A stretch of DNA of 63,543 nt, counting the filler, from Octopus bimaculoides (taxonomy: Eukaryota), in assembly GCF_001194135.2 (NCBI RefSeq). It is 6 parts of 5 records of this genome, joined end to end, with 100 filler letters (N's around TTAATTAATTAA, not from the genome) between each part and the next. Parts side by side here need not be neighbours in the genome. Positions count along the whole stretch, not along the records: positions 24,264 to 45,520 come from NC_068986.1; positions 45,621 to 51,567 come from NC_068984.1; positions 51,668 to 58,445 come from NC_068988.1; 3 more parts are not named here. One strand, written 5' to 3'. Of this stretch, positions 39,903 through 52,618 are shown in pieces. The position numbers and the translations under genes were made by a program. Below the pieces are notes generated by a model. It did not search any database and was not told the DNA's origin. It was given only the letters and a program-made list of their open reading frames with translations. Position 1 is the stretch's first letter; each line of letters starts with the position of its first letter.

Positions 39903-40092
39903 ATGCGTATAAGAAGGGATGACCACTAAGTGGACATCTGATATGCTAGAAAGAGGTCGTCAACGACCCAGCCACAAAGAAAAGTAAGAAAATTGTTCTG
40001 AAGAACATTATTTTTCTTTGTGGTTGGGTCATTGATGACCTCTTTCTAGCATATCGGATGTCCACTTAGTGGTCATCCCTTCTTATACGTAT
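39903..40092. repeat. ~190-bp palindromic element (about 80-bp arms, about 27-nt loop)
   Basis: gtataagaagggatgaccactaagtggacatctgatatgctagaaagagg...ccacaaagaaaa is inverted at 40011-40092 with few mismatches. Confidence 0.9.
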
Positions 40093-40404
40093 ATATATAT
40101 ATTGAGAGAGAGAGAGAGGTTATGAGCGATAGTGGTGTCAATTAGACCCAGAGATTTCAGGTAATGCTGAGTAATGACCAATTTCAAAGACTGTTGGATT
40201 TTACTCATAGGGTATTGGAATCTTAATGGATTTACAAATGCAATGACCAATCTTAAAGACTATTGGATTTTACTTACAAGGTATTGGAATCTTATATGTA
40301 TACCATTCTGCCTAAACAATGGATTTACAAATACATTATCCCTACATTCACTCTCTATTTCTTATCTTATCTAAACTAACTATTGCTTAACCATCCTTTC
40401 ACAC

Positions 40405-40454
40405 CGTCTCTGATGAAGGGATATAATAAATATCCTGGAAACAGCTGTAAGGCC
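40405..40454 (+). ncRNA. Minimal type-I hammerhead ribozyme motif (family HH-2)
   Basis: CGUCU CUGAUGA a GGGAUAU aauaa AUAUCCU g GAAAC AGCU GUA AGGC. It has a 7-bp helix II, a palindromic loop III (ACAGCUGU), a GUA triplet and a short helix I. Confidence 0.6.
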
Positions 40455-41199
40455 TATTTATACTATAATGCACACAGCCTTGGTTTTTTATCTCATCCAT
40501 TTGTTGTTTACACCACCTGTCTTTGTCTATTGTTTTTTTCGTAAATTCTCCCATATATATATATATGATGATGGTAATATGTATAGCAACAAGGCGGCGA
40601 GCTGGCAGAAACCTTAGCACGCCAGGCAAAGTACCTAGCGGTATTTTGTCTGCTGTTACATTCTAGGTTCAAATTCCATTGAGTTTGACTTTGCCTTTCA
40701 TCCTTTTGGGGTCGATTAAATAAATACCAGTTATGCACTGGGGTCAATGTAATTGACTTAATCCCATTGTCTGTCCTTGCTTGTCTCCTCTATGTTTAGC
40801 CCCCTGTGGGCAATAAAGAAATAAATATGTATAGCAGTCTTGTGTGTTAACAAATGCATATTATCTTTGTCTTCACATCTCTCTACCCACAAATTGAAAG
40901 CAAAACGTCATCATTCAAAACAAAAACACTTCACAAGCCTCTTGACCTGGGCATGCAGACCTAACAAAAGCGTCATTGATCATACAAACAGTCCAAAATA
41001 ATATTGTATTAATAGATAAACTTTTTGAATAATCATACTTTATATATTTATATATCTATCTGTTAATACAATATTATTTTGGACGTATATCTTCTGTGAT
41101 GATTTTTTGATGTAATATTCCTGCTCTTATTTTATAATACAATATATAATCGCTCTTCTATATATGTATGTATGTAATGTGCCCGCGGCATGTGTAAGG

Positions 41200-41505
41200 A
41201 CTTTCGAGCGAGTTCGTTGCCAGTGCCCCCGGACTGGCTCTTGTGCAGGTGGCACATAAAATACACCATTTTGAGTATGGCCGTTGCCAGTACCACCTGA
41301 CTGGCCTTCGTGCCAGTGGCACGTAAAAGCACCCACTACACTCTCTGAGTGGTTGGCGTTAGGAAGGGCATCCAGCTGTAGAAACTCTGCCAAATCAGAT
41401 TGGAGCCTGGTGTAGCCATCTGGTTTCACCAGTCCTCAGTCAAATCGTCCAACCCATGCTAGCATAGAAAGCAGACGTTAAACGACGACAATGATGATGA
41501 TGATG
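41200..41505 (+). mobile_element. RTE 3' UTR copy
   Basis: Tandem modules plus a near-consensus tail ending in gatgatgatg. Confidence 0.75.
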
Positions 41506-41547
41506 TATTGTGTGTGCCTTTGTGTGTCCCTCACCATAATACCCATG

Positions 41548-41737
41548 GGCATATGGCGTACTGGTTAAGAGCGCAGGCTACTAACCCCAAGATTCTGAGT
41601 TCGATTCCAAGCAGTGACCTGAACAATAATAATAATAATAATAACATCGAAAAATAACTTCAGAATGAGAACCCAGGTTCAAAATTTCCCCAAGACATCT
41701 GATGAAGGCTGGAGGGTATATCAGCTGAAACGTTGTG
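41548..41737 (+). mobile_element. tRNA-headed SINE-like element carrying a hammerhead motif (family HH-3), 3' truncated
   Basis: A box TGGCGTACTGG, B box GAGTTCGATTCC (41597-41608), (AAT)n linker, then CTGATGA a GGCTG...CAGCT GAAAC GTT at 41699-41734. Confidence 0.6.
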
Positions 41738-41739
41738 AT

Positions 41740-42065
41740 CTTCAAATGTCAGGCCTCATGAAGGCGATGACAAGTGACCAAAACCTTTGGCGTTATGCTA
41801 CGCTTGAGAAGACTTGTCAAGCCAAGTGAAATCATAGTCGTGGCCATTTGTGGTGTCATGTAAATGACACCCATGCCTGTGGCACATAAAAAGTACCCAT
41901 TACACTTTCAAAGTGGTTGGCAATAGGAAGGGCATCCAGCTGTAGAAAACCATACCAAATCAGACTGGAACCTGGTGCAGCCCTCTGGTTTGCCAGTTTT
42001 CAGTCAAACCGTCCAACCCATGCTATCATGGAAAGCAGATGTTAAATGATGAAAATGAGGATGAG
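41740..42065 (+). mobile_element. RTE ORF end plus 3' UTR copy
   Basis: GLMKAMTSDQNLWRYA matches the ORF end at about 28735-28780; the standard tail follows. Confidence 0.7.
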
Positions 42066-42124
42066 GCTATACACACACATATAGTTGTATGTAAAGTTAA
42101 AATTTTCAGTCACATAAAGAAATA

Positions 42125-42480
42125 AAAATATCAGAACTCAGTTAGTGAGGTCTTTGTTAAGGGTTGGTATGCAGATTAATTCCCTACTGAAGTTAGCTGC
42201 TGCAGCTTTTCGCCTCAATCAGTGCACTATTTCCTGCAGGAGCTAGGTCTGGAACCCAGACAACAGAAGAAAGCCATCAAGAAAATAAGTACAGCAGGTG
42301 AAACTATCTCAAGATGGTTAAGGTTGATAAGAGACAGCAAAGGTGAAGACTAGGTCAGTCCTTGCTGTCCCACTCAAGGAAGCGCCTAGGCTAAGGGGTG
42401 AAATGCTTGTGACCTTGAGGTACCGGCTGATGACATGAATAGATTTCTAGCATTGCAATGGATTTAGAAGAGCATCTGAT
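42125..42480 (+). mobile_element. C-terminal fragment of an RLE-type non-LTR retrotransposon (HERO/NeSL-like)
   Basis: Single frame KYQNSVSEVFVKGWYAD*FPTEVSCCSFSPQSVHYFLQELGLEPRQQKKAIKKISTAGETISRWLRLIR, resembling the KY..L...GW....PVEVGCRGF...S....L..LG....AI......E..SRWLW pattern. Confidence 0.55.
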
Positions 42481-42662
42481 GTTTATTTCACTTCTATACC
42501 AGAAAAAAAAACAAAAAAACCTTAAAACATGAATGTGTGTGTGTGTGTGTGTGTATGCATGTATATATAGATATACATATATCTTAATATTTGGCCTCAG
42601 GCCGACCAAAGCTCTGTGAGTGGATTTGGTAGACAAACTGAAAGAAGCCCACTGTGTGTGTG

Positions 42663-42962
42663 TCATCATCATCATCATCGTCGTTTAACGTCCGCTTTCC
42701 ATGCTAGCATGTGTTGGACAATTTGACTGAGGACTGGTGAAACCAGATGGCTACACCAGGCTCCNNNNNNNNNNTGTTGGACAATTTGACTGAGGACTGG
42801 TGAAACCAGATGGCTACACCAGGCTCCAATCTGATTTGGCAGAGTTTCTACAGCTGGATGCTCTTCCTAATGCCAACCACTCATAGAGTGTAGTGGGTGC
42901 TTTTACGTGTCATCCGCATGAAGGCCAGTCAAGCGGTACTGGCAACGGCCACGCTCAAAATG

Positions 42963-42965
<3 letters not shown>
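42663..42965 (-). mobile_element. RTE 3' UTR copy, minus strand, spanning a 10-N gap
   Basis: Reverse complement of the tail consensus. Further copies lie at about 34265-34450 (+), 36655-36860 (-), 53385-53555 (+) and 55880-56038 (+). Confidence 0.75.
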
Positions 42966-43016
<51 letters not shown>

Positions 43017-44318
43017 ACAATGTATTTGTGTGTGTGTGTTTATCCCCCTACCATCGCTTGACAACTGTTGGTCTGATTATGTTCCTGCAGCTTAGCAGTT
43101 CAGCAAAAATGACTGATAGAATAAATATTAGGATTATAAAGAACAAGTCCTGGGGTCAATTTGTTTGACTAAAGGTGGTGCTCCAGCATGGCCGCAGTGA
43201 AATAACAAACAAGCAAACAAAAGAAAAAGAAATAAAAGAAAAATGCTGGAAATACAAGTCAAGTCTTTGTTTGTTTTTGGTTTTTTTTTCCAAGTTATTT
43301 ATTTGTTGTGATATCTCATTACAAAATATCCGTTACAATAGAGGGAATATGAAAAAAAAAAAATAATAATAATAATGAATAAGAAAGTTACATGATCACA
43401 GAAATGAATACAAGAGTAAACAACTTGACAGGCCTTTTAATGAAATAATGATGAACCCTAAAAATGAAAGGGGTGGTGGGGACGCAGAGAGAGAGAGAGA
43501 GAAATGGGGGCAGCATTTAGAGAGGCGACATGGGAACTGGAAAATGTAAAAAAATTTAAAAAAATAAATAATTAAAAGTTGGTGAGAGAATATGGAAGCA
43601 AGCAAGCTCCATAATTAGCTAATTAATTAACTGTTAAAGCAATTCGGAAATTAAAGTATTGTTGTTGTTGTTATCAAAACTTGGTGGAAGCCTTGTTGTA
43701 TGTGGAATATTTCTGAGGAATGAAAGAAAGCTTGCAGGAATTCAGTTATGTTCTCTGTAAGCCAAGATGGAATGACAGCAATGAAGGCATTATTTAATAG
43801 CTTAGAATTTTCGCTTATAATATTGGGCTGTCAGATGAATTCATTCATTTTCCATTTTTTTTTCACCCCTACCCCCACCAGCCATTTTTATTTCAACCTT
43901 TTCCAATATTATTTCAATTAACACAAAAATATTTTTATGTGTTCATGTGTGTGTGTATACATGTATATATATATATATACATATACTTATATATACATCT
44001 TAATACTTGGCAGAAATAACAGAGCAACTCAATGGCCGAAGCACAAGACTCTCCAACGCTGAGTCCCTGTGTCACTTACGTTAAATATTGGCATCAAACT
44101 TTTGCACAAGGCCAGCAATTTGGGGGAAGGGGACAAGTTGATTACATCGACCCCAGTACATAACTGGTACTTGTTTTATCGATCCTGAAAGGATAAAAGG
44201 CAAAGTCGACCTCAGCGGAATTTTGAACTCAGAATGTAAAGACATGAAATGTTGCTAAGCAGTTCGTTTGGAATGGTAACAATTCTACTAGCTTGCTGCC
44301 TTACTTCTGCCAAAATAG

Positions 44319-44363
<45 letters not shown>

Positions 44364-46605
44364 CATACATATATACACACACATATATATTATAGGTTTT
44401 TTGTAGCCATTCCCTTACAATTTTCGCTTGTCAGTTTTGTAATTTGAATAAATTTTACCTCTTTTCAAACNNNNNNNNNNTTCGCTTGTCAGTTTTGTAA
44501 TTTGAATAAATTTTACCTCTTTTCAAACAAATGATGATGGAGGACCAAATACAGAAAAAGAAACGAAGAACCAATGAATTTATCTGACAACCCGATATAA
44601 ATTTTGAATCATTTGATAAAAATGACTTTTTTTAAAAAAACTAAATAGGCAGTGTTGTGTTTTTTTGTTGTATTTGTTTTTCTTATACGATGTAAAGAGA
44701 TAGTCATAGCTCTAAAAATTAGTTTTATATATTTATATATATATATCAGTGACATGAATTCTAGTGGTCAACATGTTTTCTTATCTTCACCTTCCCATTT
44801 ACCTTTAAAAGAGACGACCATTTGCTTTCTTTTAGTAAGAGTTAGTTTGCGTTTAATAAAGAGTGCGGCAGAAAAACCTCTCGTATTTTACATGGCCATT
44901 GATATGGCGCTACCAAAGTCTGGCAAGTGCCAACACTGTCCTCATACAGCTAATGGGTTGCCATTTTTGTTTCCTTGCCTCAATTACCCTATGAGTTTTT
45001 CTGCATTGGTGCACATTGTGCATTTGCAATTCAAACGTTTACCAATTTGTAAAATGTGGGAGTTTTTCAGTTTCCTTTCTTTTTGTTGCCGTTTCTTGTA
45101 TTAATTTAGCTTATTTGTTGTTGTTGTTGTTTTGCTGTACGGAATAAGCTTACTCTCCCAGAATAATGCTCCGAGATAAACGTGTACAGAGAAGCAGTGG
45201 TCCGGGGACAATTTGAAAAAAAAGCACTTTTTCAGACAGAAGACAGAAATTACACACACGCACAAAAAAAACACTAAGAGGAATAACCACAAGGGCCACA
45301 AATACAACATAAAAAACAAACCAAAAACATAAACAAAAACACATGACCAATTTTGAATAAAGAGTAAATTAAAGATATACACACACATTTATATATATAT
45401 ATTCAGGATCCAGACAGTGAAAGAAACGAGAATAACACAAATTCCAATTTATACACCAAAGTGAAGAAGTGGCGGGAAGGGGTGGGGCGAGAGAAGGGTT
45501 TAGAGAGGTGAGAAAAGCTANNNNNNNNNNNNNNNNNNNNNNNNNNNNNNNNNNNNNNNNNNNNTTAATTAATTAANNNNNNNNNNNNNNNNNNNNNNNN
45601 NNNNNNNNNNNNNNNNNNNNATATATATAGTAGGTTATGCTAAGGATTAATGTTTAGATAGGAAACTTTAAAATGTAGAATCTAAACCTTGTTTTGGATA
45701 TGTTCCTAGTATTGTGCCTTGAGACCACGTCCACCACATATGGCTACCAGGCGTCATCCGGGGTACTGCACTTTAGTTGCGGGGTCTACGTAAGGAATTC
45801 CTCAGGGCGCTAATAGTATATTTTAAAGAATTGATAGGGAAGTCAGAGTGTACTGTAAGTTTTATTTAACACGACGATCGTTTTTTCGCTTACATCTGTA
45901 CCACATCCTAGAGGGTGGGGACTGATATAATTGAATCGAATGAGCTCTACAGTGCAGAAGAATTCTCATCAACTAACATAATACGCTACAGTGTTACAAT
46001 ACGTACCTTTCGCTACTGTGTGTGGAAGGATGGTGTTTGTATGATGCGTGCATTTATAGTTGTTCGCAAATACACTAATGAGGTAGGATGTTTGGTATAT
46101 ATTCGACAAGTGGTATAATGGCAAAATGGTAAAATACTTTGAAAGTAAAGTGCTTCTGAAATGTGAATACAAACAGAATAAAACAAATTTCACGTAAATC
46201 AGACCAGTGGTTATTGAGATATTCGGCTTTTGAGGGTATAAATACCCAAAACGGTGTATAATGGGAAAATACACCGAAAATAGAAATCCTGAAAGGGAAG
46301 AAACGCTAACATCTCCATTAGACATTATGACAGACAAAATATTTTAAAGTAAAAATGACTTTAAAAATACGGTAAATATTTCGTAAAAGACCCGTTCGTA
46401 ACCTCGGTGTGAAATAGTTTTTCCTATAGGTTTCTTTTGAGTGTATTCAACGTATCTCACCTCAAAAGATTTGGCTGCTATTTCTTGCACGCCCTACCCT
46501 AAAACCACCGCAGGTGGCAGTAACGATAACATTACACATGTCTCCGCGACGTAAAGAAACAGTTCCTGATTTCAAAATAAGATTTTCATTTCTTACAACA
46601 TTATT

Positions 46606-46689
<84 letters not shown>

Positions 46690-46962
46690 ATGAAAGTTTG
46701 AAGGATCGTTATCCTGTTACCAGCTAGATTAAGAGTCAATAATCAAAACCATTCAATCCTCAAATGGTCACGTTCAAGTCATTGAACCATAGGTACCATG
46801 TGGTAGTTTTAAGATTATAAGGATCAGCAGTTGTCGGGCTGGGGTGTATTTTTGTTGCCAAAATCATTTTGCTGGAGTTGTAATATTGATATTGCCCTAA
46901 ATTCGGAGATGCAATATTTGGTAAAGTACAAGTATCATATTCGCCAAATGGGATTTAGTAGG

Positions 46963-47019
<57 letters not shown>

Positions 47020-48666
47020 AGATATACGTATATATATGCATATACACATATACATACATCATACAAACACACACGCAGACACGCACACATGCACACACAC
47101 ATAGATAGTAGATAGGTATAAGTACTTAGACACACACACACTCACTCACACACATCAATCAAATCATAAGTCGGGTTCGAACTTCCGATCTTCGAACTAG
47201 ATCTTGGTTACTAATGACGGCTTTGCTATATACGTCGATTTATTCTATAGCATATCATAAATAATAGAGGAAAGAAAAAAAGAAAATTTTATAATATTTT
47301 AAACAAAAATAATAAAACCAAGGATATAAAAACAAAGAATATTGATATATAAAAAAGTAAAGCTCGATAAATAATTCTTCCAATGCGTTCTAAATGAAGA
47401 AAATATAGATCGAAGAAAATTGTCTGGAACAATTAATGACATATGTTTCACTATGGCGCTCAGTTTTCTGATGATTGATCTGCGAGTAATTGTATCTAAA
47501 TTTGATTCTTTGTTTAACCACTTTGTTCCATTCCAATATATCCATTATCTTCAAGCAAATACAAAAGCTACAATGAAAGACATTAGTCAGAATAATGTTC
47601 CACTTATTAACTACTATGTTTCGCTAACCATTTAAATCGGACAGATTCCTCATGAATTCCACGTTCTCTCTCAGCTGAGATGCTAATGCTTTCATTGTAA
47701 TATCTAAAAATTGTTGATTTGTTTATTCTTAATTTATTTCAGTTTGTGTTTTCTTATCTTTATTGATAAGGAATCTCATGAATATAACGCTAATTATTGC
47801 TAGGATTTTTCGATTTGACGAATAGAGGACGCTAAAGAAGTTTTGAAAAGGCTACAGTTAGTCTCGCCACTTTTGGCACAGAAATTATCAAATTATTCAT
47901 AATTTCTTTGTCTTCTTCAGCAGGTCAGCCAAATTAAATCTGGTTAGGGAACTAACCATATTACCGAATTATTAAAATATTGTTATTATTTGAAAATTTG
48001 ATATATCTTTCTCTGATATATACATTATTGATTTTTTCCTGGTGTCTAGAATTCTAAACCTATTTATTGTTGCCCTAATAAGAATGATTTTAATAACATG
48101 GTCATTATTTGTGGTCTACCGACCACAAACGCAGAAGAGTTTGTAATCACACCAAACAAAGCTGAATGAAACTATGATATTTGAGATAAGAGTTGCATTT
48201 CTGACACCGTTGCTGCTTCCCACCAGTTGTGCTTTCGATATAGTCATATTACTTTGTATGCCATACAAAATAATTCAAGTACTGAGTAGCAATAGTGTTC
48301 AGATATTCATTTTCGTTGATCCTTCTTTTCATACTCATGATGAGGACAGATAGGTTTGATTCTATTATGCTTCTATTATAATTAATGATTTCGGGTTCGG
48401 ACTTGAGTGTATAAGCAAAGAAAAGAACGTTCCAAGTAATTAGCTGAATTTACTCATGGTAACTATGTAAAATTAGATTGCCTGCTCTAGTAAGAATCAA
48501 GGGCCTTGTCTCTTGGAGTAGCATTGTTTTCACTCTAACAATGCAATAAGAATAACCGATCTTTTTATCAGGAGTCTCATGCATAAAGGTATATAGAAGG
48601 GGAAGTTATTAACACCAATTAAGTTTTTAAAGTTATATTGAGGACACAATAATCATAATAATAATA

Positions 48667-48718
<52 letters not shown>

Positions 48719-48728
48719 TACACATGGA

Positions 48729-50052
48729 CACGAGGATCGTTCATTAAAGACTTCCTCTAACCCACTTCCGGTTATTGCAAGAAACAGAACTTGTACAGGT
48801 ATAATCATACATGTCTTACAAGTCACATTGTAAATTGCAGCTTTATATTAGTATCCGTTTGTCTTTTACTGCTGCTGAAGTGGAAGCAGTTGAATGCAGA
48901 TCAGTGGTCAGGTTCTTATACTTGAAAGATCGTGCATTAAAAATACTTCCGGTAAAATGAAAGAAGCTTCCATTGCTTCGACTGGACTTTAGTCTCAGGT
49001 TCATAGTGATAGACTTCTGTTTCATCCTGTGTGATAACTCTGCCGAAAATTCCTCCTCCTTTTTTTTGGCATATTGTCAAAAGAGCCTGGGAGCAATTGA
49101 CTCGTTCTTGCTTCTGAAAGGATGCGAGCACCCGGGGAATCCATCATGTAGATGTGGCCGGACATCGGTGGAAACTGCTCCTATTCCTGGACGATCACAT
49201 TCCATCAATGATGACGACACCATCCATAGTGGAAGCCACCATTTTGGAGGATCACCACATAACTGTTCAGCAACAATCTCAAGAAGTGATGGTAAGTGTA
49301 GGGTTCGTGAAAAATATCATTCGCGACCATTGTCACATGCGGAAATTGTCTACATGATGGATTCCCCGGGTACTCGCATCCTTTCAGAAGCAAGAACGAG
49401 TCAATTGCTCCCAGGCTCTTTTGACAATATGCCAAAAAAAAAGGAGGAGCAATTTTCGGCAGAGTTATCACACAGGATGAAACAGAAGTCTATCACTATG
49501 AACCTGAGACTAAATTCCAGTCGAAGCAATGGAAGCATGATAACTCATCACCTCCAAAGAAGGCTCGTGTCCAACACTCAGCAGGCAAGATGATGTTCAG
49601 AGTCATTTGGGACCAGCGAGGAGTAGTGATGATGGATTTTCTGGTAAAAGGCGCCACGATTAACTTCTCCTCCATAACAATGCCCCTGTTCACAATGCGC
49701 ATGTTGACCTGATGAAAGCACACTCCTGCAGCTATGAAATTCTCCTTCACCCCCCTTACATTCCCGACCTCGCACCATCTGACTTCCACCTCTTTCCAAC
49801 CACGAAGTCCTTTTTGAAGAGGAAGCACTTTTCGGATGATGATGAACTTATTTCCAAGGTAAAGTCTTGACTCCAGACGCAACTTACATATTTCTACAGA
49901 CGAGGTCTCCACAGCTGCATAAAGCAATGGGAGAAGTGTGCCACCATTGGTAGTGGCTATGCAGAGAAGGACTAATAATTATGCCAAGTTTCGTTTATCC
50001 TAGTCCTTGGGAAGTGTTTCAGGGGAAATATTTAATGAACACCACTTGAATA
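48729..50052 (+). mobile_element. Near full-length, rearranged mariner element with degenerate TIRs
   Basis: TIRs share gttcattaaa.a.ttcc.ct.a..cacttcc at both ends. Transposase pieces: VITQDETEVYHYEPETKFQSKQWK, SAGKMMFRVIWD, LHNNAPVH, HPPYIPDLAPSDFHLFP. Contains an internal deletion and an inverted duplication. Confidence 0.88.
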
Positions 50053-50236
50053 ACTCTTAGTCGAACAAATCGACATCAGGACTCATTATGTAAAGCCTAG
50101 TATTTATTCTACCGATCACTTTTGCCGAACCGCTAAGTTACTGAAATATAAACACACTATCACTAGTTGTCAAGCAGCGGTGGAGGACAAACACAAAGAC
50201 AAATACAAACACACACACTTAGATACATACATGTGC

Positions 50237-50287
<51 letters not shown>

Positions 50288-51469
50288 CATACATACGACG
50301 GGCTTCTTTCAATTTCCATCTACCAAATCCACTCACAAGGCCTTGGTCAACCCGAGGCTACAGTAGAAGACACTTGCCTAAAGTGTCACGCAGTGAGACT
50401 GAATCCGGAACCAACTGGTAGGAAGTAAGCTTCTTAGTACACAGCTACGCCTGCGCTTATATATAACCTTCAAAGATGGAGAGTATGTTCAGGGAGTTAC
50501 AATAGCAGAAAATGACAATATAGATGTGATGGTCAGACAGATGATCAATTCATTAAATTAACGATCCATCGTTTTGTAGGCTATTAGTTGAACGACTGGC
50601 AATTTGATTATGAAAAATGTCGATCTGTAGGTGGTTCAGTGGTGCGTGATATTAGTTTCAAGATTGATCCAATGGATTCCCTCAGTCGCCGTTCATCTAG
50701 TGTCAAATTCGGTAGAAGTGAATTGAAATTCATTGATATATTTGTTGTGGAGCTGCGTAGCTTAGTTGTTGGAGTGTTGTACTCATGATCGTAAGATTGT
50801 TGCTTCGATTCCTGGACAGGGCGATGCGTTGTGTTCTTGAGCAAAATACTTCGTCTCATGCTGCTGCAGTCCACTCCAAAATGAATAAACCTCTGGTGGA
50901 CGGGGGTTCTGTCCTGAGGAAATAATATATATACTTCACAGAATTCGGAAACCAGCCTTAGAGTCCATGGTTCGGGAAGAAAATTTGACCCCTTTTGTTT
51001 TACAAACCGCTTAATATAGGATAACGTTTACATGTATTTCTGTATTCACTACAAAACCTCATACTCCCACTCATATCTACATTGTCCCTACTCTCACACG
51101 ACACTTACCAATTCGACTCGCCCTTTCTGTCAACTCCCTTAATTTCAACAGTTATACAACATCAATTTGAAATTACCTCCAAATCTAAAGAAGTGTAGCA
51201 GTTCTTCAGTCAAGGGTACCCTCGATAGCTTCAATATCTCGCGCTCTGCTAGGCCCAGGCCATCAAGGATTCCACTTCTCGCCTACGCTCTAACCGCAAA
51301 CTTACAAACAGAAATTCACCATGTGACATTCCACTTCTTCCTGTCCATCTGTCTCTCAGTGTGTCTATCAGACTATGTCCTACACTAAGGATAGCTAACT
51401 GTCTGCTAGTCCATGTTATTCCCCACTGCTTATTTCCCCATGTTCTTTCAAGACAAATACACACAGGCA

Positions 51470-51567
<98 letters not shown>

Positions 51568-52585
51568 NNNNNNNNNNNNNNNNNNNNNNNNNNNNNNNNN
51601 NNNNNNNNNNNTTAATTAATTAANNNNNNNNNNNNNNNNNNNNNNNNNNNNNNNNNNNNNNNNNNNNTATATATACACATACATACATACATACAAACAG
51701 GCTTCTTTTAGTTTCTGTCTACTAAATCCACTCGTAAGGCTTTGGTCAGCCCGAGGCTATAGTAGAAGACACTTGCCCAAGGTGCCATGCAGTGGGACTG
51801 AACCTAGAACCATGTGGTTGGTTCAGATCCCGGACCGGGCTGTGTGTTGTGTTCTTGAGCAAGACACTTTATTTCACGTTGCTCCAGTTTACTCAACTGT
51901 AGAAATGAGTTGCGACGTCACAGGTGCCAAGCTGTATCGGCCCCTTTGCCTTTCCTTTGGATAACACTGGTGGTGTGGAGAGGGGAGGCCGGTATGCTTG
52001 GGTGACTGCTAGTCCTCCATAAACAACCTTGCCCGGACTTGTGCCTCGGAGGGTAACTTTCTAGGTGCAATCCCATGGTCAGTTACGACCGAAGGAGGTC
52101 TCAGCAACTATAATGGAAGAGACAGTTGTCAAAGGTGATGTGGAGTGGGACTGAACCCAAAACGATGTCGTTACAATGCGAGGTTCTTAACCGCACAGTC
52201 ATGCCTGTGCCTGTATTAGAAAATCGTTTTTATTAATGTAATGAAAACATGAAGAACTGCTGATGTGAGAAAAGAAACCACTCCCTGATTGATGAGTTAA
52301 GTGATATAGAACATTAATGGAATTACAAAGTCTTTATTGATTGGAACACAGAATGTCCATACCATTTAGCAGTTTGGCAATAAAGGTTCAAAATGTTAAA
52401 AGAAAAGAGAAAAAAAATATTGTTGGTAGGCATGGCTGTGTGGCTAAAAAGCTCACTTTGCAACCATGTGGTTTGGGTTTAATCCCGTTGCACGGAACCT
52501 CAGGTAGGTGGCTGCTACTAAAGCCCCAGGTTGGGCAATGCTTGTGAGTGAATGTGGTAGACATAAACTGTGTGGGAAACCATCG

Positions 52586-52618
<33 letters not shown>

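Noticed and set aside
41548-41620. tRNA gene-like A/B boxes (also about 50750, 54150, 55207, 56688, 60970, 61640)
   Set aside because: No complete cloverleaf; each continues into a repeated SINE body.
42711-42828. Direct duplication either side of a 10-N gap (also 44423-44528)
   Set aside because: Exact overlaps around minimal gaps are unmerged contig ends.
47390-48350. Stop-poor minus-strand frames suggesting an old ORF
   Set aside because: No recognisable motif, and the stop depletion is not convincingly above background.
48973-49593. 206-aa ORF, the longest in the track
   Set aside because: It is an off-frame reading across the inverted duplication of a dead mariner.
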